A DNA stretch of 60,314 bases, filler included, from Sphacelaria rigidula (Eukaryota), in the NCBI GenBank assembly GCA_964200075.2. It is 6 parts of 6 records of this genome, joined end to end, with 100 filler letters (N's around TTAATTAATTAA, not from the genome) between each part and the next. Parts side by side here need not be neighbours in the genome. Positions count along the whole stretch, not along the records: positions 30,210 to 40,178 come from CAXNAA020007394.1; positions 40,279 to 50,247 come from CAXNAA020007395.1; positions 50,348 to 60,314 come from CAXNAA020007396.1; 3 more parts are not named here. One strand, given 5' to 3'. Of this stretch, positions 36,334 to 50,418 are shown piece after piece; positions within the stretch are counted from its first letter, which is position 1; each line of letters opens with the position of its first letter. The notes beneath the pieces are model-generated. The model was given only the letters and a program-made list of their open reading frames with translations. It was not told the origin of the DNA and searched no databases. The translations under genes were made by a program, and so were the position numbers.

Positions 36334-39300
36334 GCTACCAGAATAGTGGTCGATCCCTTGCGTGTGTCTTGGGTCTCGGGTGTCATCATCTCTCCGCTGT
36401 CTACTCCTGCCGCCGCGTGGACTCTGGATCGTCCGGCGATTCTCCGTCTCCTTCCCCAACTCCCCGTTTCTCAGGCCATGTGTGCATGCCTGTTTTCTGC
36501 TCCCAGCTGGCACCATGGTCCTGTTGACCCTGCCCTGCAATCTCAGGGGGCGTAGATTCCTGGTGTGGTTTATATGATATTTGAAACATGGCGACAAAAA
36601 TATGGGGAATGAATGGGAATAGAGGGGTTAATGCTTGGTCGGTTTGGACGGTGTCCCCTTGCAGGATGAGGAGTAGGTACAACAGTAGCGGAACCAAGTA
36701 GGGTATATATCGCCGCCGCACCCCGCTGGTCCAAGTGCATTTTGAAACCAGTCCGGACGGAGTAGGGAATTCGATTCCCAGTAGATACAAATACATTGTT
36801 CTCTCGGGAGTACCTGATATCCGTTGATGAGAACTTGAGGACGTGAGTTACACAGGAATTTTGACGCAAGTCGGCGCGCGGTGCAGGAGTGCTGATCCCA
36901 CCCGAATACCAGAATGGCATGGGGGAGAAATGTGTTGATTCCCTGAGATTGCGGACTCATCCCGAGCAAGGAAAGAAGTCGAAAGTATGACGGGCGAAAA
37001 AGAAACCCTGCGTCCCCGGGGGGAACGGAAAGAACATTTGGGTTGCACAAGGACCTTCTGGACAAATTCGCACCGCATGTTGAACACACGTTTCCGGGGG
37101 CGGTCATATGCCGCAAAATGCGATGAAAATAGGGAGGGTGGAGTTAACGTTTTGATCGCGTAAGGGACTGCTGAACAGATGCATCAAACATTAATAGATT
37201 TTCCGGGTTGGGTACACTTTGCAAGTGTGAGGAAAACACCGAAACTCAAAGCGGGCAGAAAGTGCCCGATTTCACAACCGGTGGTTGGGGAAATACTCAC
37301 GGTGAGCTCCAGCACCCCTCGCAAATCTTCCAAATAATGAAGCGCCTTCCGACTCTCTTGGTAACCCATGCTCGGCCTTCGGTATCTCAACGCGTAGCCG
37401 GTATCCTCCGGGACAAACGTGCCATCGGTCGGAGGATCGCGATTCGGCCTCCCGCTTGCCGCGGACACCAGCGATGGCACATAATTCTGCCCCTTATTTC
37501 GCGGCATGGACCTGCCAAGCACACATAGTGTTCATTAGGCACACACACCCTGGGGCAAACAGTAATAACTTCTGGAGATGTAGAGACTGCTGCGTGTGCG
37601 TTTTCTGTGGAGAACATCACATTTACGTTGCCGGTTACATTATAATGGTCCGTTATGCCAATATCCCAAACATCCCCAAAAGCAGTGGAATTGTTCGGAA
37701 TCTTGCGGTTGGTTTGTCGATCTCATCTTTATCTTACATGTGACTCGAAGAATAGTCGCGATCGTACGGTCCTCGGACTACCGGCTGTCAGAGCTCAAGA
37801 CGGGCGTATTTTGCAACAGTTCCTTTTGATTTTGATTGATATCTGACCATAAAACAGTTGTTAGCTCTCTTTTTTTCTGGAAGTGTTCCTGGGGTTGATG
37901 GTATCTCCACTAATCCAATGCAATCCATCAAGGATGGCTCTGCCTTGGTAAATGTAGTGTTCTGGACAGAGTCCAAAGTGTTGGTGATACACGACGTAGT
38001 GTTGGCGGTACGGTACGATCGGAGATATACTGTCATGGGTCTGCGGCATCGCCGGAGGCGTCGCTCACAGTGTCGGAGGTATAGTGAGGTGTCGGCTAGA
38101 GATGTCGGCCGGAGGTGTTGAGAAGTGTTGGCGAGAGGCGCCAACAAAATGTTCGCCACCCCCCTACATCAGTAGATGACCACGTCTATGGATAGACAAG
38201 TGCGTACAAAGACGGTATCGTGTACTGACGGACTACAGGTATATCAGTGTTAATAGTACCATACGCTGTCATTTCCAATCCCGGGTTCTTGCCGCAAACG
38301 TCAGCTGAAGGCTGTATCTGGCGGGCTATATGGCAAGCGATTCCGTGACAGTACAGTAGCGTCGAGGGTGTCGGGAAGCTTGCATCAAGCATCTCAAGTC
38401 ACCCCCACCCACATCCTCACCATCCCGGTCCCGCGCCTTAGTCCCCTGATGTTGGCACATGTAAATACGTGTTCTACACGTACTGCTATATGCTGTACCT
38501 GTAGAAGGAACTACCAACGGTGAGTTCTCCGGCTTGATGAAACCCCGGGGAATAGTCGACGTGATGAAAAAGCTTGTCTCCTGGATTACCCTTCGCCGGC
38601 ACTCTACCCCTCCTCTCCCGCTGGGAGTTGATCTTCCGCTTGAGACCTACGGTCCGAAAAACCACCGCGGTACAAGGGTTTCGGGCATGCACAGACACAA
38701 ACGAGTGAGAGTGGGTACGCGGAGAGTAGTGGTGCATGACCATGTATGCTGCGTTGATCCGAGGCCTTGTGCTTGTAACCTGGTGTTCTTGTACTCCTCC
38801 GGAATACGGTCGTGCTATGCTGGGTCTTCGTACGTTCGCTGATGATCGAAGCTGTGTTTAACAAGGATTCTCGGGGGGCGCGCTACTTTCTGGAGAAAAA
38901 TCTCCGTTGTCGTTTTTTACAACGTTGCTCTCACATCTGCTGACGCATCGTGTTCGCTTGGTGTTACCTATTTTCCTCACCGAAAGCTTTCTCCAACGTC
39001 AGCTCCCCCGAAACACGCTCCTTCGCCGGACGTCCGGTCACGTCGTCCATCACCACGTGCTTCGATTGCATCTACGATGTTGGCACACAATAAGTGCGAC
39101 TACTTGGTCGTGGGCTCCCCTTCTAACAGGGGATCCTGAAAAATGGGAACGACTTCATTTTGTGGGAACGTAATAGATGAAATGGTGCTCGGAAAAGTGC
39201 ATTGTGGTACGTATATCTTCTACGGATGCTGCCCCGATAGTCCCTCCACAGAAGCCAGACCCAAAGTTGTTGCGGAGAAAATGGCCACACAACGCGTGAT

Positions 39301-40064
39301 AGATAGTTTTAGGCTGCATTAAGTGCCTCATACGGGCGGCTTTGGCCAACACGATCCGAAGCGTAGAAGTTCCCAGCTGCTCGCTGTCCCCGGCTTTTGT
39401 GAGTTTGATTCACGTGAAGGTCTTGCTTCCTCAAACCAGTCACTTGAGGGCGGGGCTATTGCGGCATCACTCTACGCTGAGGTAGAACGGGTAAATATCG
39501 CCAACACTCAACAGTCCCAGAGGTTCTGAACAACGGTTTGTGGTATCGCAACTTGCCGACAGGTTATTCGGGAAACAATTTTCAATCTGTCATCAAACTC
39601 AGCAGTTCCCCAACGACCGCAAAGGGAAAAATGCACGTGAAACGGGTCTAAATCGCCCGAAAAAAGCTGTGGGGGTGTTGTGAACTTTCAGGAATATTTA
39701 ATTTTGACCTTTTGGGCCAGGGAGAAAAACGGTTCTAGGTCTAAACATGATGCTCTTACGGCAGGCGACACACGACCTGCATTCAATTTTCAAAATGGTA
39801 CCGCGACCTCTGGGCTCGGCTCCTCGACCTTTTGGGGGTTCTCAAGTCTCCTAGGTGCCTTAGCGGGATACCATTTCACACTATTTCGAGTCCAATTTGT
39901 TTTTTTTTCTTTCCAACGAAAACAAATTGTTTGAAGGCTTCAAGATCCCCTCTCAACAGTCGTTCAAACCGTTGAATGTTGACCAAAAACGTGAATGCAT
40001 AATGGATCGCCGCGGAACTGAGGAGATTTCCCCACGGTTATATCTCCCCCCCTCCTTCTCCCTC

Positions 40065-40178
40065 CCTCCCTCGTTCACTCCCTCTCTCACTCCCTCCCTC
40101 TCTCACTCCCTCCCTCTCTCACTCCCTCCCTCTCTCACTCCCTCCCTCTCTCACTCCCTCCCTCTCTCACTCCCTCCC
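40065..40178. repeat. CT-rich simple repeat (ctccctctctca)n
   Basis: Directly visible at the piece end. Confidence 0.9.
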
Positions 40179-40966
40179 NNNNNNNNNNNNNNNNNNNNNN
40201 NNNNNNNNNNNNNNNNNNNNNNTTAATTAATTAANNNNNNNNNNNNNNNNNNNNNNNNNNNNNNNNNNNNNNNNNNNNATTCACTGATTGACCGCTTTTC
40301 ACTCTCAATCGTATCATCTACTCCCAATCTCACGAAAACACTGTTCACCGTAGGTTGCATAAGATACCACACCCTCAGTAGCGATTTTCGAAGCTCGATT
40401 ACTCCACAACGAAGAGGGTGCCGACATCAAACGACACGATTAAAAAAAGTCTCGGCGAGATGGTTGCAACGCCGCCCAGTTCAGCCCCGGCATCGTTTCT
40501 GGTGAGGAGTAAATGAGCTTCGAAAATCAGTCTCGGGGATGTGGTATCTTGAGCAACCTACAACGGTAAGTGAGAGTGCCAGTGTGCCAATGTGCCGCTC
40601 GGTCTTGTACACTGAGGCCATACCAGAACAGCCGTATCGTATCGAACATCGATTCTCGATACGTATTGTGTCACCTTCGGAATATCGATAAAAATATCGG
40701 TATCGCCGGTTGTGGGTCAATACTCAATATCGTATCTAACTTTATTCTCGGTGCGATATGCAACCCTGAGTTTGAGTGAAGTCGTCGCAGCAAGATAAGC
40801 GGCACAACTGATGACAGTTCAAGTAAATCATGAACCACGTATCTTTTTCACAGAGTACCTCTTCGGTGGCAAATGTTAGTATGCTTGCCTAAAGTGACGT
40901 TTTGAGTAGGATATTGCTGGAGTAGATCTGTTGCAATGATTATAGAAAGACTCTCCAGCAGAGTAC

Positions 40967-41224
40967 TGAAGCCAAATGATACCAAGCCGTGGGTTTCAGT
41001 ATAATCGCATGCATGATTGAAGCAGTCGCAGGGGACAGGGGATCCTGGATTGATTACCCTTATCTGTGTGCCCCCTTTCCGTTTAGCTCTTGATGTGGTC
41101 TGTAGAGGGTCACTCCGCAATAATAACAAGTTAGAAGAAAGGACTTGTCGAGCACGAGGCCAGTGCTACTGGAGGAGTCCCTCGTGGATAGTCCTCTTGT
41201 CCAGATCGTTTGGCAGAGGCTACA
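40967..41224 (+). repeat. 5' LTR
   Basis: tgaagcc...ggctaca. About 20 mismatches to the 3' LTR by manual count. Confidence 0.93.
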
Positions 41225-41426
41225 ATATCTAGATATTATTCTTTCGGCACTCTGTTAGAGGAGCCTTGGCTGAGGAGAAAAGTTGGGCAGCAGCTTGGAG
41301 CCAGTTTTGCTCACAGACAGGAGGAGACCAACTTGAAGCGCACAGCAGAGGGGTACGCTCTGTGAGCTGAAGGACACACAAGTCAGGCAAGAGTCTCTCC
41401 GTGAAAGTGTTTGAAACATAGTTGAC

Positions 41427-42617
41427 ATGGCTCAAGCGGCGGTAGCGCCGCTGGTGTTGGGTGAGCCACTACAGCCGCCAAAGTATGGTGAAGTATGGAC
41501 CGAGGAAGCATCACAGATTTTTTCGCAAGATACCTTGAATATATGCAGCGTCTGAGTCTTGCTAATGGACAAGGCATTAATTATACGGCATGAGAGAGTT
41601 AGTGTAGGACAGCTCATTCCTGTCTACATTCCCCGCTGCTTCGAAGACATGCACAAGGACGGTCGGGCTATGACCCCCGAAGAATTGCTAGATGCTGTGA
41701 AGCAGCATGCGGGGTATACTACAACCGGTGGAAAGCGTGACGCTACGCGGGCTGCAGCAGACCTGCGTGGGGCACTTACAATGAAGCAAAGCGATGGAAA
41801 AGCCGTGAAAGATCGTGCTACGATGATTAGCTCAGATATGTAACGGTTTTTTGCACAGAATCTGATGGTGCAAGCCATGTACCTCGCGATGGACAGGAGT
41901 TGGTTGTCTGGCCCGGCCGCTCCGTCTCGAAAGGGATGCGTGGTCAATGGTCAAACGACTAAGGCAAGCAACAAATGAGTACGAGTCGGTTTCCATAGCT
42001 TTGGTGGACGGGATTTCGCCCCCCGAGTTCAAGGCGTATGTTAGAAGTGTACTAACGTATGTATGTTGACGGCTGGAACAAAAAACCCGACGGTGGTGTT
42101 CAAAATAATATTTGAGGCGGCCGACAAGTGGAAGTGCATTGAAGCACATGGCCGGCGCGACTCTGCAACAAGTGCAGGTGGTATGCGCCGGAAACACCAA
42201 CAGCAACAGAATCAGCAGCCGTCTTCGCGAGAATCGTCCACTCGCGTGTGTTACAACTGCGGCGACACCGGACATATGATCAAGGACTGCTCCAAGCCTC
42301 GCGCTCAAGGCGCGGCACAGGGCAATGCACGAGATTTATCAGGATCTCAGGGTGGTCGTCACGGTGGACGGGGCCGTGCCAATCAGGGACGCGGGCGCGG
42401 CGTCCGCGGTAGCAAGCAATCGGCGGCGGATGATGGTTCCCCCGCTGCTGTTTCTTTCACTACGTCATCAGGTGGTGACTCTGGATCTTATGGCTTGTCC
42501 GTAGCGGGGCGGACAGTGTACATAGGAAATGCAAATACTTCGGTGGGGAGTGCCTGGGTAAATAGCTCGCAACCCCTCGGCCAGCCATCTGCATATTCTT
42601 CGACTTGGTCTGGTTGA
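41427..42617 (+). pseudogene. gag: gag, interrupted by stops, frameshifts and a ~62-bp insertion
   Basis: Zinc knuckle CYNCGDTGHMIKDC followed by an RG-rich tail. Confidence 0.85.
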
Positions 42618-42638
42618 ACCGACGATTCGCAGCTATCG

Positions 42639-45400
42639 ATGCCAAGTGCTGGAGGGCAGCCCTGGCGTCAGGTGACTCTTGGGACAGAACCGGGCTCTTC
42701 GGCAGGCGTGGTACCTGTCGATCGCAAGGCTGAATGCTTACGCGCAGATTTAGCCTTGCCTAGTTCTGTAGGTTCCTTCATGGCCCGCGTTATTCTGGAT
42801 TCTGGGTCCGCGCTCACGTCGATCGGTGTGGGGCTGTTAGAGCAATTGTCCTCGCAGTTTGGCGGCGCTCAGCTTCAGATTCCATTCGAAAACGGACCGC
42901 AAACGGCACAGACCGCCACGGGTGCTCCCGTGACGGGTACACACAAGACGGTGCCAATTACTGTTAGCGTGCGTTCGCCGTGTGGGGCTGTGCAGTTGCA
43001 GCCCATTACTTTCGCTGTCATGCCCGGTAGGGGCAACGTGGTTCTATTTGGGATGGCGACAATGAAGGAGCTTGGGATTGATTTATATCCGCTGGCGTTG
43101 GAGAAGTCACGTCCGCGTGCTGTGCCGGTGCAAACCGGCGTGGAAAACCCCAGTTACTTTGCTGCAAGGCGTGTGATCGTATCCGTACGGTCATTCCAGA
43201 GCGCCAATGAGGAGGAGGTTCCTGTTGATGAAGCGGTAGAGCGCTTGGTTGAATCGGGGGCCGGAGAGATTCACGGACCCAGCAGAGGAGAGAGGTTCAC
43301 GAAAATGTGCGCTTGAGGATAGTGTACGGCAGGCCGAGCAGAAGGGCCTTAGGGCCGATGGCGCACATTGTCTGCGCGATAAGTTGGCTCGCCGCGTAGA
43401 TATTATTCGTCGCGCGCTGCGTGGTGATCCGCCAGCGCGCGTGGAGCCGATTAAGGAGGCTGTGAAGGCCAAGCCTCGCCGCTGCGATCCGGTGAAGACC
43501 GTGTGATTTGCTTCATGCATCGCAGTTTTGGTGGCATTTGGTTTTTTGCTAGGGATATTCCGGCTGTGTGGACGAGTCCGGCGATAGCGGTGCCGAAGAG
43601 GGACACATTCCGTTTGGTCAGCGACCATCAGGCGGTGAACGCGCAAGTGGAACAGTCTTCGGGGGTGATGCCGAGCCAAGAAGACATGCGGGACTTGCTC
43701 GGAGCCCAAGAACAATATTGGTATGTCAGTAAACACATTCCTGGAGAGCGCATTTTCTGGGGAGATTTGTTGTCTCGCTTGGTGAAGGTTTCTACCGTGC
43801 CTATTAGTTATGTTGCCGTGTACAGCCCGTGTGATGCCGATGATTCACTGCCCTCGTTAGATGTCATTCGTACCGCGCAGCGCAAAACAATCGGCGACGG
43901 TGTTCATTCTTTTTCTACGACTTTCGGCCAAGCTACTATGACTAACGATGGTTTGCTTCGTGTGCGTGTTGGCAGTCGTGATGTTGTGTGGATTCCGTCG
44001 GATGATGAGGCTCTACAAACTCGCTTGATGGTGTGCGTTCACATGCGGTCGGCTGGTCACCGTAGCGTGGCGCCGACTCTGTTTCGTTTGAAAGTATACT
44101 GTGCGTGGCCTCACATAGATTCCCACGTTCGCGAGTTCGTTCGACAGTGTTTGCATTGTGTAGACATTCGTGTTGGTGAGATTGTACCTCGCCCGTATGG
44201 CGATACTGTACATGGTACTGCGCCAGGTGAAGTTGTTCACTTCGATTCTCTCTCCGTCGGAAGTAGCGGACCTGAAGGTGCTAATGGTCTGCCTGAGGAT
44301 GATGGCTTTCAGTGTATTTTGGCCATCATGGTTGACTTGTCCAATTTCGTTTGCTTGGAGCGGACCGAGGCTTGCACCGCCGAGGGTACGGCTAAGCACT
44401 TACTCAATTGGTGCAAGACTTTGGGGGTGCCGCGTGTTTGGGTTGGCGATACCGCCACGCACTTCAAGAATCGAGTGATCGCGCAGCTGAGCGATGCACT
44501 CAAGGTGCAACACCAATTTGCTGTTGCGTATACCCCTTGGTCGAATGGTGCTTATGAACGCATGGTGAAAGAGGTGATTCGTGCGTTGCGGTCTAATCTT
44601 TCGGAACAGCGACGGCCGGTGTCTGAATGAGTTGATGTTTTGCCAGCCGCTCAGTGGGCGTTAAATACTTCTTTTCGTGAACGCTACCGTAACAATCCGT
44701 ATTGTGTGATGTTTGGGCGTGCGCAGCGTATAGCGTTTTCCGCGCTGGTTTCTGTCACTGGCGGCGAGTGGAACGTCGATGTCATGGATGCTGATTCGTA
44801 GCGTGACAAGGTTCGAGGCGTGGTTGTTGAGCAAGTACGGTTTTGTAACGGAGTGCGAGCTGCTGTCGCGGTGTCTCGCGAAACCAAACGCAAGCTTGCG
44901 CAGGGCCAGGTTGTGTTGCCCAAGTTTGCAGTTGGCGATTTCGTCTTGTATGCCCGTGTTCGGAGGCAAGGTGTGACGCCAAAGTTGATGTCCACGGGAC
45001 AGGTCCGTGGCGAGAGGTCGGAGCCGATAACGCTCACACGTGTATTCGGTGCAGAACATTGTTTCTGGCGCCGTGCACTCCGCCCATGTCGCTCGTTTAC
45101 GTTTCTATGCTGACTCGCAGTTGCACATCACTGCGGAACTAAAAGATGTATTCCAGCATTCGTATGCTCAAGGTGAATGTCGGATGAATGCTTTGGTGCA
45201 CGTCGCTGAGGATGATAATGGTGATATCATTGTTTTGGTCGATTGGGAAGGGTTCAGTGCTGAAGAACGTACGTGGGAGTGGAGTTTCTTCGCAAGATTC
45301 ATTCTTCTGCGCCTGAATTTGTTCTGAAGGAACTGCGTAAAATGCGGTTGACTCGGGCGCTGACCAATAAATTTGCGTCGGGGTATGGTATTTCTTTGTG
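42639..45400 (+). pseudogene. pol: pol: protease, truncated RT, integrase, chromodomain
   Basis: VILDSGSALT (protease); WTSPAIAVPK..FRLVSDHQAVN (RT start); HIPGERIFWGDLLSR (RNase H end); H..GH..CLHC and VHFD/GDTATHF/NGAYER (integrase); VLVDWEGFSAEERTWE (chromodomain). Confidence 0.92.
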
Positions 45401-45479
45401 ATCTGGCGCATGCGATTCTGCCTTGGTTTTTGTTGGTTGTCAAGCTCGTTCGTTTGTCTTGAACTCGCTTTGGGGGTGC

Positions 45480-45737
45480 TGTAGCCAGATGATACCAAGC
45501 CGTAGGTTTCAGTATAATCGCATGCATGACTGGAGCAGTCGCAGGGGACAGGGGATCCTGGATTGATGACCCTTATCTGTGTGGCCCCTTGCTCTTTAGC
45601 TCTTGATGTGGTCCGCAGAGGATCACTCCACGATAATAAGAAGTTCAAAGAAAGGACTTGTCGAGCACGAGGCCAGTGCTACTGGAGGAGCCCTTCGTGG
45701 ATAGTCCTCTTGTCCAGATCGTTTGGCAGAGGCTACA
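45480..45737 (+). repeat. 3' LTR
   Basis: tgtagcc...ggctaca with terminal inverted repeat. Preceded by a short G tract (PPT-like). Confidence 0.93.
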
Positions 45738-46099
45738 TTACGTAGGCCACGCAAAATGAAGGGCATCTTGTGTGTTGATCACAGTGATCTAAGGTAATGG
45801 CTGCAAGGGTCGGATGAATTAACGATTTGTCCGGAAATTACTTGATTTTAGTCTAATTGATTCGTACCGTACGAATCAATCCTTTGGCTTTTTTTTCAGC
45901 GTTGTAACCCAGGTACGCGCAGTCCAGGCACGTGGAATGGCGCAAAAGTTGCGTGGAGACCTGCTCGACGAGCGGTCGACTTTTTTTCTGTCTTTCGAGG
46001 AATCAGGCCTAAGAAATCGTGGATTTGGTGATTCGAACCGGCGATGATTCGTCCGAACCGTGAAAAGCTGGCAAGGCTACCGGGTCAGCAGCATTATTA

Positions 46100-46651
46100 C
46101 AGTTGTGGGGCGGTCTAACTATTCATTTTGTGGCATTATGTAATTTTTTCGTAATTGGCGATTTTCTTGGGCTTGTTTTGCTTGCCACCCCTTATGACAT
46201 CGGGGATCTGAAGATATTTGTATCCGCTTCACATTCTAAGAAGAAAAAACCACATGTGCTTAATATTGAGTGACTAACGGGCTGGCCGGTCATCGGGGGT
46301 CCTGCCACGTTTCAGCCCAGTTTCTTGCTCTTCTGTATTTACGGTCGATCGAGCCCGTCCCGATCATATTTGTTAAAAAAATGTGCAGTTTTATTATTTT
46401 GAAATTCTGCCTGCTCAGTGCACCATGGCCGAAAAACGGTGGTTCACGGTCAATAACACCCTCTTAATGAACGGGGTATTTCCTCGTTTCGCCCGATAAC
46501 ACCAACTAACACTGACTTGGGCACTGCGTTTCGAAGATGATCTGTTTTTTGTACCAAAATCTACCGACGCTAGCAATTTCGAGTTCTATCAAAGAGTAGA
46601 ACGCGAGGAGAACCCCAAAACACCCCTAAATAGTTAGACCGCCCACTACTG
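46100..46651. mobile_element. Tc1/mariner-type MITE, family 1
   Basis: TA-cagttgtggggcggtctaacta ... tagttagaccgcccactactg-TA. Confidence 0.82.
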
Positions 46652-46906
46652 TAGTTGAAGTGGATGATACAGCACGGTGTGAAGAACTATTTTTGTTCCA
46701 GGAAGTGAAAAGCGTTGTGGCTCGATATCGATCGCCACCGCTTTCACTGTTTCAAGCTTACCCAGCTTCCCTCCAGCTCGCTGCGTCCGATAGAGACTGT
46801 CTTTGTTTTCGCCGAAAAGCGCCACCGAGAACCATCCGGCTTCTCTTCTTTTCTACCGCACGTAGTAAGCTTAGCAGCTACTGTGCAACCTCTGCCATCC
46901 TGTCTA

Positions 46907-47496
46907 CGAGCTGGGCCAGCTGACAAGTGATTTTTGAATGTCTCCGGGCCCGGCTGTAGGTATTTCGAGGAGTTACGCGCGGAAATTTTGACATGACATT
47001 TTTATCACCAACACGCGCAACATTTCCAGGGATGCCTTGAAAAAAAAATTAGAGCGATTTGAAGTTTCAGCAAGAATTGGAAAAATGCTATTACTCCGTG
47101 AAAATAAAGGAAAACGGCGGCGTCCCCAGCAATGTTGTGCGTACTCGCGTGCCGGAGATCCTCGTAAACTTTCGGCAAAAAATACCTCAAATTGGACGCC
47201 GCATCGTACTCTTAGTGTGACACGGCTGCGCCCCCCTAACCCAAGTGATTCCGGAGATTCCAGTTATGGTGGTCACGAGTTCAAATCCTGACAGATTCTC
47301 CTTTTTTTCGTTCTGTAGTTAAGGTCATATATTATGCACTACGTCGGGGTTTTTTTATTCTTCATTCAGCGGCGGTGCCGTGCGTTACTGGGTTGGTCTC
47401 CAGTTCGCAGCGATATGCTCAAATCGGGCTGATTTGGTCAATTTGATACGTTATGGTGTCACATGGAAATGCGGAATTTACTGCTGGCCCAGCTCG
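46907..47496. mobile_element. Tc1/mariner-type MITE, family 2
   Basis: TA-cgagctgggccagc ... gctggcccagctcg-TA, a perfect 14-bp TIR. Confidence 0.85.
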
Positions 47497-49427
47497 TAGC
47501 GAGACAGCGGCACACGAATCTATGCTATCAACAGTGGAGTGTGGCAAGACGAAAGAGAGAGAGATAGCAGTACAAAGAGGGCGAGAGCGCTCAACTGCTC
47601 TGGGGCGATACTTTTCCACCTTGCCGTGCCATATCCGTGATCTGTCGACCGAGCTGTCATAGCGAACATTACGCGACGACCGACAACGTTGTCACTTGGA
47701 AACCGGCCAAGCCCAATGTCATATGCAACAACGTTCGGACTGCCCCGGCCGGCGTCTAAGGAGGCATCCAGACGTTGCATCCCGTGAGTGAGTCTTGGGG
47801 ATCCTCCACATCTACCGTCAAAAGGGAGCGAATGCCCCGGGGGGGGGAGTGGGTTGAGAGTTGTTGAGGGTCGGTGCTTTTGACATAGCGTGCCTTCTAT
47901 CGTGTGTTTCTTGTGCAGTATCGGCCTACGCCAACGGAGCTGTGGTTTTGACGTATTATGGTACGTGTATCTTGTATCTGATGCCTGCGGCGTTCGATCG
48001 TGATACTGTAGTACCGTTCAACTTCACAAGTAGAGTGACATGTCTGCGTCAACTCCGTAGATGCTGCTCAACGTTCACGATCGTGAGAATCCGGACGGAG
48101 GTTCCGAAGATACGCTCCAGAAGTCATAAAAACCACTGTCCGCGATGTGCGTGATGGACGACGCAACCCTGAGATATACGTTATCCACGCCCACAGTGCG
48201 CAGGATTTGAGTCTTGCAGGATTCGACCCGACCGCCCTAACGTAGATACACTTCAGCAACTACCCTTTTTTTTGGCGCACTGCACAACGCCCTGGGCTGC
48301 AGTGTAGTACTCAGGGCCACGTTCTACTATACTGACTGTGCTGTGCTGTACTGGACCCTACTGCACTGCACTACACTGTGCTGTACTGAAGATAGGTGTG
48401 TTGTTTGTGTTTGAGAGCAGTCGTGCACTGGTGCGGAGCAAAATTTAAAATATTCAAACTTCAGCTGAGCCGTTTTATTTACAGCACGGATGGAAATCAA
48501 TAAATCCTTTTGCAATGGAAATAGTTTTTTTGTGTAGATGGGGAAACAGCTCCCCATATGTCCGCCGGTGGTGTAGCGCGAGCGCAGTGCTCCCTCAAAA
48601 CACCGGAGGAGAGGTGTCCCGGGGGGGGGGGGTGGTGTTCATCCCCGGTCGTGCGGATTCTGCAATTACTCGTCGCTTGCGTTACTGTTACCGTTGCAAC
48701 TTGCGAGAGAGACTTCATGTCTGTATTTTAACACACCTCGATCATCCTCGCGTCCCCGCCTTCCGCCAGAGCGATGGTGTTTGGTCCGCTACTCTATGCA
48801 CAGCAGGTGCGAACCCTCTTCCACCATGTTATAAGGAGGCGTCTAAATGACTAAATAAATTAAAAAATGGGAGTAAACACTGCCAAAAACCCTGAAAAAA
48901 CGCGAGCATATTCGGTCATGGATGATGACGAAAAAAACAAATACGCACCCTATGTAAGAATGTCATATCCTAAACGCCCCTTCCCCGCGTCCCCGCCACA
49001 CACTCCAGACTCAGCTGGCACCTAAAAATTTCGCGACAAAGTACGGAAAGCGAGACTACAGTCATCAACATGGTTCCGGAGCAGCTCAACTCCGACGACA
49101 CTGGTATGTGCGATTGCCGGCAATAATATCCGGCAGTTTATATAATTGATGGAGAGAATAGGATCCACGCATCTGTCCGTGCTATTTTCCTCTTGACTGC
49201 TCTGTTTTTTTATTATGCTCAACTCCTGTGACCATGGTACGAGAGTAGAGGACTGTTTGTCGTGTCTATAACAGCCCCATCGGTTCTTGACGCCGGTCTA
49301 CACCTTTCGGTATATGTGGGCGCACCAGCCGGGTTCACGAAGGAGGAACCAACGGAGGAGTCTTTTCTTCAAAAAAGTTTGCTCGTTTTAGTTCTCCAGG
49401 TTTCTTCTGCGGCGCTTGCCTTTATTT

Positions 49428-49600
49428 TTTATCGGGAGGGAGCAGGTTCAGCGGCCCCATCCCGTCGTCAACCTTTCAGTTGAATTTTGTGTACGAACTA
49501 CATGCTGGCTTTTCTTATATCGGGAGGGAGCGGGTTCAGGCCCCATCCCCTCGTCAACCATTCAGTCGAATTTTGTGTACAAACTACACACTGGCTTTTC
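49428..49600 (+). repeat. Tandem duplication of an ~85-bp unit
   Basis: atcgggagggagc(a/g)ggttcag...gaattttgtgtac..actaca..ctggcttttc occurs twice. Confidence 0.85.
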
Positions 49601-50385
49601 GCTGTTGGGCATTGTGTGGGACAAGAAACTCCACTGTCTGTAGAACGCTATTTCTAGTGCTGCGCACTCTGCATCAGCGACAACCCACGGCGTGAAGAAC
49701 GCGCCGCGACCTACTCCCACTACTGTATCCTTCCGTATTGACAGGCAATGCTGATTATCTCCGGTAGGTCCGTGAAATTGGAGGGCAGGAGCAGGAGGAC
49801 GTTCGCCCATCATTGTGCGGTTGTCAAGCCCAGAATTGTGCTTCATTAATCCTGTTGAACACTGCTTTTGCAGCCCTTCTCTGTCGTTTTATGCCCGAAA
49901 AACGGTCTAGGTGGATGTTGACGCCCTGGTCTCAACGAGTAGAGCAAGTCATTCTATAGCGTCAACATCCGTCCACAGCTTTGTGAGGGTCGGACACTTA
50001 ATTGATGATTCGTCTGAAAATCTCTGGATTTTAGTGTAGTATTTGTTTCTGATCGTTCGAATCAAAGCTCGAACGGCTCTATTAGACTTGGCCTCGGAGG
50101 TGGCGCTGTAGTTCGTGAGTCTTGTTCTGGAAAGATTTTGAGAATCTTGAATATTGATACATCGTGCAGCTTTTTTATGTTGTTGTTGTTGTTGTTGTTG
50201 TTGTTGTCTTCACATTAAAAGCCGTTCCGATATCTGCGCGGTACATTNNNNNNNNNNNNNNNNNNNNNNNNNNNNNNNNNNNNNNNNNNNNTTAATTAAT
50301 TAANNNNNNNNNNNNNNNNNNNNNNNNNNNNNNNNNNNNNNNNNNNNTGGTGGGCCGTGAGTGTCGTGGGTGTGGGGGGGGGGGT

Positions 50386-50418
<33 letters not shown>

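Larger units (their letters stand above)
40967..45737 (+). mobile_element. Ty3/Gypsy chromovirus LTR retrotransposon, decayed deletion derivative
   Basis: Two 258-bp TG...CA LTRs. Domain order gag (CCHC), PR, RT fragment, RNase H tail, INT, chromodomain. Confidence 0.95.

Noticed and set aside
36560-39550. Coding-like decayed stretches, possibly a transposon
   Set aside because: No diagnostic motif recognised and no further SUMF1 exons found.
48210-48250. tRNA genes (T-loop-like motifs also near 26045, 29850, 50890)
   Set aside because: Only B-box fragments with no full cloverleaf; likely SINE remnants.
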